Position numbers and translations under genes: made by a program. A stretch of 63,996 bases of DNA, filler included, from Hyphochytrium catenoides (taxonomy: Eukaryota > Protista > Hyphochytriomycota), in assembly GCA_900088475.1 (NCBI GenBank). It is 7 parts of 7 records of this genome, joined end to end, with 100 filler letters (N's around TTAATTAATTAA, not from the genome) between each part and the next. Parts side by side here need not be neighbours in the genome. Positions count along the whole stretch, not along the records: positions 10,779 to 41,516 come from FLMG01003881.1; 6 more parts are not named here. One strand, 5' to 3'. Positions 25,580-37,399 of the stretch are shown here, one piece after another. The notes under the pieces are model-generated. The model made no database searches, was not told the origin of the DNA, and saw only the letters and a program-made list of their open reading frames with translations. Position 1 is the stretch's first letter, and each line of letters starts with the position of its first letter.

Positions 25580-26821
25580 ATGGGTAAGCACAGACGAACA
25601 AGATCGTCATCCACCTCCTCTTCGGAATGGGTCCCATCTGGCTCCGAAGAAGAGAGTGCAGGAACCATGAAAGGCCGCAAACAGGGAGAAAGCAAGACTT
25701 CTGGCAAAAGACGGCGCACAGCGGAAGTCCTGTCAGTGAAAATGAGACCGAAGCACCCCGCCGAGGAAGCAATAGAGAAAGGCACCATTGAAAGACTTTC
25801 CCTGGTACCCTGGGTATTGCTTCTTCTTGGCCGCATCTCTAAATGCTCAGATTCACTTTTGGAAAAGGAAAATCTCCCTAAACTCCTAAGAAGTCTCCTC
25901 TCCATCTGCCCATGCCGAGAATTCTATGAAGTCTGGATCATGCTTGCCTACAGCGCTCACGGGCTCACAGTCAGGCCCGGCGCTGTGCCTGACGCCTTGC
26001 CGGCTGAGAGGTACAGGGCAGTACATAGGATATTTGAGGATGTCATAGCCGATTGGGGCCGAGGGAAAGAAGAGAGACCAGAAGAAACTAAGGGCCTCTC
26101 TTTCCTTTTAGACTCTCTCTTTCAAACTTCTCCTGCGGAGTATGGCCAGCTCATGGAGAAAGATGAGATTGAGAAGTACCAGATCTTTACGCTTTGCGCG
26201 CGAGCCCCTTTCTCCCTAGGACTTAACGCCGTCCTGGTGCTCCACCTAAAGCACGTATGGTATCATGAGAATTTGTCAAGAAAGGAGGTAATGCGTGCAG
26301 TACAGAAGAAGAATAAGAGTACGGGAGAGGGTAAGGGGAAAGGCTGCGGTGCCTCCTGCACTCTAAAAAAGTCAGGGTACTGCCTTGGCGGTTGTGACTG
26401 GAAAAATCTTAGAGGTATTCCTCATCCCTTGGGAGAAGAGGCTCTGGACTTCTCAAGCCGCTACTTTAAGGATCTATACAGAGCGGATCGGACGAAGAAG
26501 CCTGCAAGAGCGACGGGGCGGACCGAGAACACGCCTCAGAAGCCTGTCAGCGCTGCTCTGCGAACTTCCCCAAGATTAGCAGCGAAGGGGAAGGCCGTCT
26601 TTGGCTCAAGCACCTCGAACAGTAATTCACCGACTGTGACAGGGCTTGGAGGAGCAAGTGGGACGGAGGGAACCGCTGGCGGAAAGAAGGCGAACAGGCA
26701 ACGAAAAGGAGGAGAAGAAGAAGAAGAATTGAACCCCTCGCTGATGGCTGAGAACCGGTCAACAAGGAGCGATTCTGATGAGGAACAGGCTGAGGGACTA
26801 TTAGGGGTAGCCGCGGTCTAA
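25580..26821 (+). CDS. Intronless hypothetical protein with Cys-rich motif
   Basis: 413-codon ORF from ATG 25580. Ordered central region flanked by low-complexity basic/acidic tails. CGASC...GYCLGGC...HP motif. Confidence 0.6.
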   Translation: MGKHRRTRSSSTSSSEWVPSGSEEESAGTMKGRKQGESKTSGKRRRTAEVLSVKMRPKHPAEEAIEKGTIERLSLVPWVLLLLGRISKCSDSLLEKENLPKLLRSLLSICPCREFYEVWIMLAYSAHGLTVRPGAVPDALPAERYRAVHRIFEDVIADWGRGKEERPEETKGLSFLLDSLFQTSPAEYGQLMEKDEIEKYQIFTLCARAPFSLGLNAVLVLHLKHVWYHENLSRKEVMRAVQKKNKSTGEGKGKGCGASCTLKKSGYCLGGCDWKNLRGIPHPLGEEALDFSSRYFKDLYRADRTKKPARATGRTENTPQKPVSAALRTSPRLAAKGKAVFGSSTSNSNSPTVTGLGGASGTEGTAGGKKANRQRKGGEEEEELNPSLMAENRSTRSDSDEEQAEGLLGVAAV

Positions 26822-29259
26822 AGCTGACCACGCTGCAAATATGCCGTAACTTCTGCAGTTTCTCTCGCTGCACTGACGAACGTCTGGGTCCAGCCCTGGC
26901 ACCCAACCTCCTGATTCATAGCCGCTGAAGCTGGATTGGAGCGGTCTATGATACCTCCCATGCGAAGGAGAAGGTTATCCCTATGCTTGGATCTCCAAGC
27001 GTGAAAGTGATAGATCACCCTAGGTTGTACACTAGCTCGCCGGAAGGATTGTTGGCTGACCGGTTAGGGGGCAGCGGCTGCGTGCATGCCGTGACATTAT
27101 CGCTTCCTTCTTTACTTATAGAGAGCTATGCTGTCCCATCGCGAGAGATGAGGGTAGCCGCTAGGGTAGCCCTTCTTCGTAGACTGTAGCTGTTCCTAAG
27201 TAAGCGGTCTTTGTTAGCTATGGACAACGGCTGATGGCAGACACCTTGACCTCCGGTGTCCAGAAAGAGAGAGACACGACTTACGATGATCCGTGTGCGT
27301 GTCTCCCATTAACAGACGTAAGCGACTTCATCATTGATCAGGAGATGAGAGCGGCTTCCTCTTCTTCCTTTTACTCTATCTCCCACTGTCTCACACACCT
27401 ACTCCTTCTCGACCTTCACAGTTATGAGTGGAGAGCGCATTTCCAGGGAAGAGACAAGGACAAAAACACCCGGGAAAGACGGGAAGAAGAGGAGGCAACC
27501 TTCGGAGCTTCAATATTTGAGCATAACAAGCGTCCGCACATAGTTGGCTATCTTCCATTAGCGTAAGGATCATAGATCTGACCACAATCTTCCATCGAAG
27601 ATTGGGCTCAGCCCACGAGACACAGAGAAAGATGCAGAAAGTGCCAAGATGATAGAGAGACCAAACAAAGGAGAAGTGGCAGACCTCACATTTCATGTCC
27701 TGGGAGCAGGGCCAACGTCAAAACTAGCTCCTCCTGCGCGTGAAGTCCGCGATAGAGAATGGTTCTCGCTCTCGATACTGAGATCGATGGCGAAACAAAG
27801 AACAGATGGAAAGATAAAGAGATCGGGCTCAATTAGGCGAGAGTCTCTCTCTCTCGTGTCTCTCTCTTCAAGTCTCTCTCTCTTCTTCCTGAGAGCGAAA
27901 GAAGCCGCTCTTTGAACGCCAAGTTCGTCTCTTCCATTGTCCTCCTGCTTCCGCACGGGTCTCAGTCAGTTCCATAGCTCTTCCGGTGGGTCTCTGGTGC
28001 TTGCCTTGCTCTCTCTCTACTAGTTCCCCGATTCTTCTCCAGCCCTCTCTTTATGTCTCTCTCCTTCGCTCTGTCTCTCTCTCGGTCCAGTCGGCTAAGC
28101 CTAAGTAGGCCGTATGAGAAGGCGTCATCTATCTGGCTCTGTCTAACAACAGAGTGTGGATCTGGGTGCTTCTTGGTTCCTCTTCCAGGGCGGAAAGGGA
28201 CAAGAATGCTTTCCTCCTGTACCAGCAACGGCCAGAAGCTTACTCTGAGAAGCTCGTGAGGACTATGACGAAGGTCTTCCCTCTTCGACTCTTCCTTTCT
28301 TTGCTTGTGGAAGTGGCTGCTTGCATTTGGGAGTGTAAACCCTCTTCAGACCAGGCTCTCTTGCTCTTGCCTCTTCCAGTTTGTCTGTCTTCTTCTTCTT
28401 TTGTTCTTTTTCCTCCTTCGGCTCTCTCTCCTTCTGCGGCTCTCTCTCTATGATCCTCAGAAGCCAAGCCCGCAGAAGAAGAAGATTGCGGGACAAGGAT
28501 CTAGAACATGAGAGAGGGCATTGTCCTCCGCCCTTGAAGAGAAGGATGACCCGCCGGAACGAGGGAAAGAGAGGAGGCGAGTGACGCAGCAGGACAAGAA
28601 AAAGTAAATTTTTTTACTACGGGTAGAACCAGAGAGTGAATGTGTGAGAAAGAGGAACAGAGAGAGGGTGAAAGTGAAAGAGGAACAGGGAGAGAGGGAA
28701 AGTGAAAGAGAATAAGTGAGAGAGAGAAAGAGAGAGACAGGGAGACAGAGAGACAGAGACAGGGAGAGACAGAGAGACAGAGAAAGACAAAGAGAGACAA
28801 TGAGAGACTAAGTGGGAAAAAGAGAAAGCATGAAGGAATTGAAACACGAGGACAGAGAGAGACACACAGAGAGATGAGAGAGAGTGACAGAGGGGGAGAT
28901 AGAGAGAGACAGAGGGAGAGGGAGAGAGAGAGGCATGTATAGGTGTGCTCGATGAATATTGTTCAACCTTCCTTCATACAACGGTAGTCGCGGGTACACA
29001 AGAGAGGAGAGAGAATGGAAGCTCGAGGTGCACTCCATCGCGGGCCGGTCTTATTCTTAGTTTATCCCCGTTATCCAACCTAAAAAGGAGAGCCTTTAAA
29101 GAAAGAAGCTAGGGAAAAAAAGGAGGAGAGAGAGAAGAGAGAGAGACAAGAGAAAGATCTATTCGAAAGTCAAATATTATGTCTGATGTCTGCGACTACC
29201 GTTTTGTGAAGCTTAGACCTGGAGTGGTCGTTCTCTCTAAATCTTAGGCCTACTCTCTC

Positions 29260-29290
<31 letters not shown>

Positions 29291-30043
29291 CCTTAATCTC
29301 TCTCAGTGTCTCTCTCTTTCTCTCTCTCCCATTCTCTCTCTCTCTCCCCCATTAGCCACATTATGTATCAAACTATCTTTGTCTTACCGATACTCTCTAT
29401 CTTACTCTCACTCTCTTCCAACTTTCTCTTACTCTCTGCTCTTACTTATTAGTAAGGTTTATCCTTGAACTAAGTCTTTTTGGTCGGCGGTTTCCTCCTT
29501 TGACAGCCCTTAGAAAGAGCTGTCTTCCTCTCTCTTCAACCCGCACGACGATCAGGTCTTTGCTGTCCCTTTCTTTCACCACGACGCGCACGGAATAATC
29601 AGACACTGGCCCCTTGACGTTCCTGCTTGTTGCCCGCCTTTGACATCCCTTCAGAACGGAGAAACTTCTGCTAGCTCCTCTCTCTTTTTCTGCCTCTTCT
29701 CTCGCCCTCTCTCGTTTTTCTTTGGCTGCTCAGCCACGCAGGGCAGTACAGAGGGAGAAACGTCAACGATCTTCTCCATGCTATCTCATGTTCCTCCCGT
29801 CGGTGATGGGCTTTGCGAGAATAAAGGAATTAGCGAAAGATGCATTTCTTTCCCCTCTCTCTCTCTCTCTTTATTTTGTCCCTCGCTACCTCTCTCTCTC
29901 CCTCTCTCTGTCTTCCCTCTCTCACGATCTTCTAAACCAGCCCCGCTGTCTAGCAGGACCCTATGGGGAATGGCAAAATGGAGGAGGGAGACATCAGAGG
30001 TTGAAGACAAGATAAGAGAGGAGCGAGAGCGGAAGAAGAGGGG

Positions 30044-30083
<40 letters not shown>

Positions 30084-30447
30084 GAGAGACACAGAGGGAG
30101 AGATAGAAGAGTGTTTGAGAACAGCTAATGTTGAAGGACTTAGTAACGGCTCATGGGGCTTCACAGAGAAGTGAGAAACGCCATCACTTTTGCCCATTCA
30201 GAGTCATATTTGCTTTTTCCTCGAGACACTGAAGAGCAGAACGGAGAGAAAGGTTGCGCAGGAGCCCTTGTCTTTCTTTCCTCTCATTCACAGCCAAGAG
30301 CAACCCATCCCGTGACAGCAAGCTTAGCCCTACGACTGGGAAGAAAGGAGCAAGAGAAGAGAAGGAAAGAGAGAAGTATAAGGGGGAACGCAGGCATCTG
30401 CCCTACAAGAAAGAAGAGACAGGACGACGAGAGAAAGGAGGAGAAAA

Positions 30448-31345
30448 ATGCAGAGCTCAAGCCTACGACTTCTGCTGGCTGGGATTGCGGCGTTTCTCTC
30501 CTGCAGCGTGTCAGCAGATGGCAGCGCCAACATCATCGGCGGGGAGGAGGCGCCTCCTTTCCATTTCTCAGATTGGATGCTGGGAATGCTCCATCCGCGC
30601 CTTCTGAATGGCTCTCACCCTTTCTGTGGAGCGGTCTACATTGGGAAGAACTTGGTCCTCACAGCTGCACGTAAGCTCCTTCGCTCTCTCTCTGTCTCTC
30701 CCTCTCTCTCTTCGTATCTCTGTCTCCATGTTGTTGAATTTTACTGCCATCCAGTCCTTTCCCTCTTCCTCACGTTTCCAGTTCCACTGCTAGCCCATAG
30801 CCTCCAGAGCTTCTATCTCTTCTGTTCTGTGTCAGACTTTCTTTCTCTCTCTCTGTTTTCACCCTCGCTCCCTTCCATCCAGACTGCTGTGACCCGCAGA
30901 CGCATCTTCACTCTGTCCATCTTCATTCATGTCAGTCAAGCTCTCAAGGGCCTTGTCGATCTTGATTCTGTGTCTCTCTTTCTTTCTCTTTCTCTCTCTT
31001 TCTCTCTTTTGACTCTACCTCACTGACCCTTGGAACCTCTGGTTTTTAGACTGCATTCGGGACACTCGAGTGCGTGCCGATGGCAAACTCTGGGTAGAAG
31101 GGAAGCGACACAACTGGCGCGATCCTCAGGAGAGAGGAGAGAGAATGACAGTGACAAACATCACGGTCCACCCAGACTACAATTCACGCACCTTAGAGTC
31201 TGACATCGCTGTTCTCACTGTGGACAGCGGTCCGGAGCTCCCTCTCTATCCATTTCTGGACGACGGAAAGTGGTCTGATGAGTCAGAGCCTCGACTCTTT
31301 AAAGTTATAGGGTGAGCGGCTGGCTTCTCTTTGTCCTTCCGTCAG

Positions 31346-31407
<62 letters not shown>

Positions 31408-32207
31408 TCGTTTCTCTTCTCATCAACTAGCATCCACTGACTGTCCCACACAGGTGGGGCGACACGCAAGATGGCGCAGAGGCTCCCAGTCCGGTCCTCC
31501 TGCAAGCGGAGGTGGAGATGCTTCCCAGTGCCGCCTGTCAAGAAGCCTTTCTCTCCAGTGCTTTCTCTCTCTTTCCTGATACCATGGTCTGTGCCCTCAG
31601 ACCTGGAGCTGACGCCTGTGAGAAAGACAGCGGCGGGCCGATGGTAAGACAGAGTGAGGTTATTTTGATTGCTTTGCTGTTGTCAGCTCAGGCATAAAGA
31701 TATCTCGAAGTCCGTTCGGTCACTTCTTGTCCTGCTTGGGGTTTGTCTCTGACTGTTCCCTGCTGGATCATCCTAGAAACTAGGATTCTCTGTCTCTGTC
31801 TCTCCTCTGTCTCACGCTGTCTCTCTCTCTGTCTCTCTTTCTCTCTGCCCCTTACCGTTTTCCTCGCCACCGCTCCTTGTTTCGCTCTATTCTCTCTCTC
31901 TCTCTACTCTCTCTCTCTCGGGCTCTCTCTCTCTCTCTCTGTGTCTCTGTCTGACCCTCCCTCTATCTCTCCGCCCCTCCTTGTCTTTCGGTAGTTCGTG
32001 CATACAACTCCTCCTATCATTGTGGGCCTGGTCTCCTGGTCTCTGGGCTGTAACAGAGGCTTCCCAGGCGTCTACACTCGCGTCTCTTCTCTCCGTTCTT
32101 TCATCGACGAGGTCGTAGGATGCAGTGTCGGGACAACCTTCACCAGAGGAACATGCGTGCCAAAGGCAGCAGCAGAGAGAGGTTATCACCAGCAACGGTT
32201 GGTGTGA
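30448..32207 (+). CDS. Secreted trypsin-like (S1A) serine protease
   Basis: Exons 30448-30670, 31050-31311, 31454-31643 and 31995-32207. Signal peptide, IIGG, LTAAHC, ESDIAVL, GWG, DACEKDSGGP, PGVYTRV. Confidence 0.9.
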
Positions 32208-32249
32208 GAAGAAGAAGATGGCTTCTCCCTTTCTTCTGCCCCTATTATT

Positions 32250-32283
<34 letters not shown>

Positions 32284-34361
32284 ATTGTCAGAAGGGGTAG
32301 GAACAAGGGACGAAGACAAGGTTCTCTTCTTAGGTGGCCATCAATGTTCGCTTTGCTTGCTAATGGAGTCTCTGGGGCAGAGTCCACGACGCCTCTTTCT
32401 TCGTGAGCCCAAGCAAACAGCCGAGTCCGAAGCCTCCCTTCCTCCGATCCATATAATTAATTAGGCAAATCTATGGCTTATCTTCTTATTGGCATCCGGC
32501 CCGCAGCGGACGATCCTACCCTGCCGCCCCAGTCCCAACCTCCGGAATTATTTCACCATTAGTTCAGCCAATGACTGTTTATAAATTGTTTCTTTGAGGC
32601 ATCTACAAATGTATACAGATGTAATATAAATATGAAAACTCCTAAAGAGCGGTGAGGTTCTGAGAAGCTTAGGGTCCACCCTGTGTTCCAGCCTTCCTCA
32701 GATCTTCAAAAATCATCATCTGAAATCTTCGTGCAAAGATTCTTCCGATGATGATGGTTCTCTGTCTGTCTGAGAGGCTCTAGAGAAGATCGATGATGCA
32801 TGTAGCGTCTTTTAGAGGCTGTCGGAATGGCTTCAATTCCCGACAGCAGTCTCTCACTGTACGCTAATGGTAGTAGTAGTAGGCACAGAGGAGGAAGCCT
32901 AGTAGAAAGAACACTCTAGTAGCACAGAAGTAGTGCAGCTCCTCTGGAAAGTGTGAAGTGCGATTACAGATTAGCGCGCGGCGAGGCGAGCGGCGCGGCA
33001 TTATTGCACATCCCTTTGCTATGCAAACATGCAAGATCTAGACTACTACTATCAGCAGCTAAACATGCAAAAGAGTGTTTTAACAAGAAGAGTGTCAAGT
33101 GTGGACTACCGACCACTTTCGGTCGATAACTGACGTGACTCTTGTTTGTTGTGTTGTTAGAAACATTTCCAACGCCGTATCGATGAAAAGAAGAAGAAGA
33201 AGGGAATGTTACAGTGTGTGCCACTATTCTGGCTTGAAACGGAGGGAATGATGATGAAGAGTTTTCTCCCTGGTGTACAGTCAGCGCTTTTCCTTTTGGG
33301 TGGCTTTGTTGTTGCACATTCTCTACCATCTCACACGCCCTTGCCATCGTCACGTCTGTCTTACTCTCAACGCTGTCCGCGCCGACGAGCCAACCACTCG
33401 TATTGTACTAATGACCACCCTCACACCGCCATGGTCCTCTCTTCTCTTCTTGTTGGTTTGGCCTCTTCTTGTTGTCGGGCATAGTTTCTGCATGGTCCAC
33501 CCAACGACGAGGAGAGATGAAAGTTCAAATTTCCCCTTAATGCCTGGCTAGCCTCTCTCGGATCTTTATTAGGAGGCTGCGCGATCTGGCTGCTAGTACT
33601 TCCTGTTTCCTTCCCTTTTCCCGGCCGGGAGTAGAAGAAGAAGGGGAGAGTACTTTTATATAGATAACCCAACAAGAAAAGGAAACTAGTCAATAACCGA
33701 GCTTTATTATTGTTTCTATTAGATGGCGGCGGCAGGGCTCAAAAAGGGTTTTGAAGCTGATGATGGAAGAAGTGGTTTTTCTTAGTGTCCGAGGGATTCT
33801 CTTGGCGGCGGCCACTGATGGGCGCCTGCTTTTACTTTGCCGATACCTAATCGAGCTCTTCTTCCATTTATTTTACGCGGTTGTTCATTGTGCGCTTCCT
33901 CCTCCTTTTTTATTAGTTGCCTGTGGAGGAGGAGGCTCCATTCGCAGTGATGCGCGAGAAGATGTAACGGTGGAGGAACTCTGAAAGAAAGCCGGAGCCG
34001 ACCCAGCGGCTTCGGTGAAGTAAGGCTGTGCTCAGATAACAATAGAGCATCAGAAGAGGAATCATCACGACAACAAGTCTCGATTACTGCATCGCCATGA
34101 TTCTATCATCTCCCTTGCCGCCGCCCCTTTCTTCTGTAGAAGTACCGGTAATGAACGGGACAGAGCTTGCCAATCAACCGCGCGCGCGGCTAGACAGTTG
34201 TTCCGGCATCAAGAAGTAGGAAATCAGATCAAACAGCAGCAGCTGCTAGTAGTGGGGACCCCGTCAAACGAAGAAGTCATCGTCTCTTGGTATCTGACGA
34301 CTTCACTATAGCGTTGGTAGGAGCAGCAGGAAGCAGAGCAGCATCAAAGGTAATTGCAAGG

Positions 34362-35435
34362 ATGGGCGACATTTTATCTCCTGAGGACCTTCAGCGGCAA
34401 TTGGAGAGCCTACTTAACCTTTTGCGCTCAACGGGGGGTCCTATTTCGGACGCCAATCGCCCCGACGAGAACGAGGACAGGAGGAGGGCTGATGTCTTCG
34501 ACAATGTTAAGGAGGTGGGGGCGGACTACCCTGAAGTATCGCGGACTTGACTTCCTTGTCTTCACCTTCCTCAACAAAGCGTCCGTGGCCCCTGCAGTGG
34601 TGTACGTCCGCGTTTCGATCTCACAGTTGGACCTCCATCGCTGCGTCCATGTACTGGGGGGCCTAGAAACCTGCCCATTAATAAACACCCATTGCTCGTG
34701 CCCAACCCCTTTTACGCTGCCTCGCTGGCTGATTACCTCCGGGGACAATGGTGGGACAATCTCTGTTTCTTCTCTCACTCTATACCGCGTATTGCTGAGC
34801 GTTCGGAGCTCCACCATCGCAGTGTTGAAGCTGCAATAGAAACTATGAAGCACCTAGTTGATGGGACAAGAGATCTCCATATCTTGGACCTTATTCCGGA
34901 GCGTCATGAGCGTGTTACTCAGGAACAAAGCCTGATAGCGCAAACTATTCGCGATCGTTTGCCAAAGGAATCTCCAGTGGCTGCTGAACAATTACATGAC
35001 CCTGACGACAAGTGGAGCAACCGAAAGGAGGCGGCCCGCAGGGCTGCTTTTTCAAGGGCTACGAAAGCAGAAAAGTCACTGAAAATTAGATTGGTGAAGG
35101 TCTTCCGACACCTATGTGCCCAGCATCTAGGTAGCTTCAGTTCAAAGGAGCTCTTTACGGAGCTCACAGAGCCGGAGTCCAGAATGAGCGATAGAAAGAA
35201 GGAAGAAGAAGGATGGCAGATGTTTTCCCTACTAACCACTCTCTACCGCTTTTTTAACAAGGAGGACCCATATGTTCCTCGAAAAGGCAGGAAATTAGTC
35301 GCACTCTGGCTGGAAACTGTCATTCGGGAATATGATGGTCTGCAGAGTTTAGATAGTGATGAGGATGATCAAGCTCAAGACTCAGATAATAACCCCGCTG
35401 AGGAAAAAGAGGTGGACAAGGAAGCTAGCCGATGA
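34362..35435 (+). pseudogene. ORF interrupted by one in-frame TGA; possible decayed transposase fragment
   Basis: ORFs 34287-34550 and 34692-35435 share a frame, separated only by TGA 34548-34550. ADYLRGQWW...HHRSVEAAIETMKH loosely resembles the C-terminal catalytic region of MULE-type transposases. Confidence 0.3.
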
Positions 35436-36377
35436 CGCTCCTTCTTCGATGACCTCAACGGCAATCATCGAGGAGACGGATGCAATCCTGGCTAAGAGAC
35501 GGAGCGAGGTGGGGTGAAAGGAAAGAGGAGGAGGAGTAAGAAGCACTAAGCAGCAGTTGATTGCTACCCCAGCAATTATCGACCCTCCGTCGTCAGGAGG
35601 AGGGATGAAAAGCTATTTCCTCTTTAATATCTACAAGAAGATCTCAATAAAGCAGAATTCTACATTTCAAGGAGCTTTTCCCGCCTCTCGTTGCGATGAC
35701 TACTGAATGACTACTACTACTAGACAGAAGACTTCTGGTAAACGCTATTGGAGACGGACATCCTGCTAATAATCCTTCTTGATGGCATGCTGGTGGGGTA
35801 CTTCTGCCGAAGACCTGGTGCTCCCCCTTCTTCTGCGATCTTCTTCATCAATACACTTTTTACTCACGCTCTTGCTGCGCCAACAGCACCCACAACTAGC
35901 GCTACTTAGTGTCTAGTAGTAGCATCAGTGCATCAGCGGCGGAGGAGACAGGCCCGACCCACGCTATATGACGCTACGAGGAAGGAGAAAGAAACGCTAT
36001 GATTGTTGGCTGCAGCCAGGCATTTTCTAATTTTGAAATCACCCAATCACAGCGTTTTCAAGACGTCCAGAAAACAGAACTCCTCGCTTCTCACTGATCG
36101 CAGATATTCGTGGTGGTAGAGAATGTATATTGTCGTATGTTGTGAAAATCTCTGTAAAGGGCGGAGATATCATCAGTGTCCCATGTGCAATGCTCTACGG
36201 CACGTGTTTTCTAGAGATCACTTGTGTAGATAGGACAACACAAACGTTTTCTTTCTTTTGTGTCTGGGTTTTGTTTTGTGTAGCTAGTCTATAAGCAGAA
36301 GTGAAACGGCCTTTATGATGAACTAACGCAAATCAATTTGTAACACGCGACGCATCATCATCATTTTATAGCGGAGG

Positions 36378-36990
36378 ATGCTTTATTTGTTGTTGGTGAT
36401 TGACGTCCAGAATGACTTCATGGAGAAGACAGCCATCATCCCCTTGAGAGTGAAGCCAAGCTATGCTATCAGCAGATTCTTCTTCCGTCCAGACACCACC
36501 GTTGCGGTCGACAACAACAAAACTGCCATCCGTGCAGGAAGCCTTGGCCGTCGATGGAACTGCGTGCTGCCATTCTCCCAGAGCTCATTTTTGTTATCTC
36601 GCTGTTTGATTGAAAAAAAAAGTATCCAACCTACTATTTCTCCATTGACTGGGTGGTGGCATCCAAAGGATCATTGCAGCTTCTGCCGCAATGGCACTGC
36701 AGCGTTCAACCCTAATCTCTTCCACCCCGTAGCCGAGTTTTGTGGGCCGCTTACTAATGAAACGAGCCCCGAAGATTTCCCGGGCGTCAACCTGGTTTGC
36801 TGTGGTGATGACAGGACTCAGAAGGACTCTAACGACTCTGATGTGGGGGTTATGCAGCAATGGCCTGATCATCATCATCACTGCCTGGCTAAGGATTTTG
36901 GTCCTAGATTTCACCCATATTCTCCGAGTTCCCCATACAACAACCCGGGTGGTGGTCAAGAAGGGGTTTGGCGCAGAGTTGGACCCATAA
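36378..36990 (+). pseudogene. pncA: Nicotinamidase/pyrazinamidase (isochorismatase family) pseudogene
   Basis: LLVIDVQNDF, GSL, WHPKDHCSF, QWPDH..C. The VVKKG..ELD motif lies in a shifted frame that stops at 36990. The catalytic-Cys half is absent. Confidence 0.75.
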
Positions 36991-37399
36991 TAATGACCTA
37001 GGACACAAACAACAACTGAAGGACAGCGAAGAAGGGAACCGGAACAAGTCATGGCTCTGAGCCACCATCCTCTTCCGGTCTCGTTTCCCTAGACACAGCA
37101 GAGCAAACGTCACGCACCAAAAGAAGAGGACAGCAAACAAGCTTCTAATATGACTGGGCACGCACGCTACGGAGACGATGATAACTAGTAGAAAAAAGAC
37201 AAGGAGGTGCAACAGTCTCAGCAGAGCAAACCACCCAGCAGCAGATGAAAAGCCCGCCACCATACCACCATGGCAGCATCACTACCGGTATTATTTTTTA
37301 ATTCACCTCTTATTCTTATTTTATCTTTACCCTTTATCATCACTCAGTTGGGCCCTACGGACGGATTCTCTACGTTGCTCTTACTCCTGCCTTCCTAGG

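Noticed and set aside
26818-29040. Short minus-strand ORFs that might form a gene
   Set aside because: I could not join them into a consistent exon chain, and no domain is recognisable.
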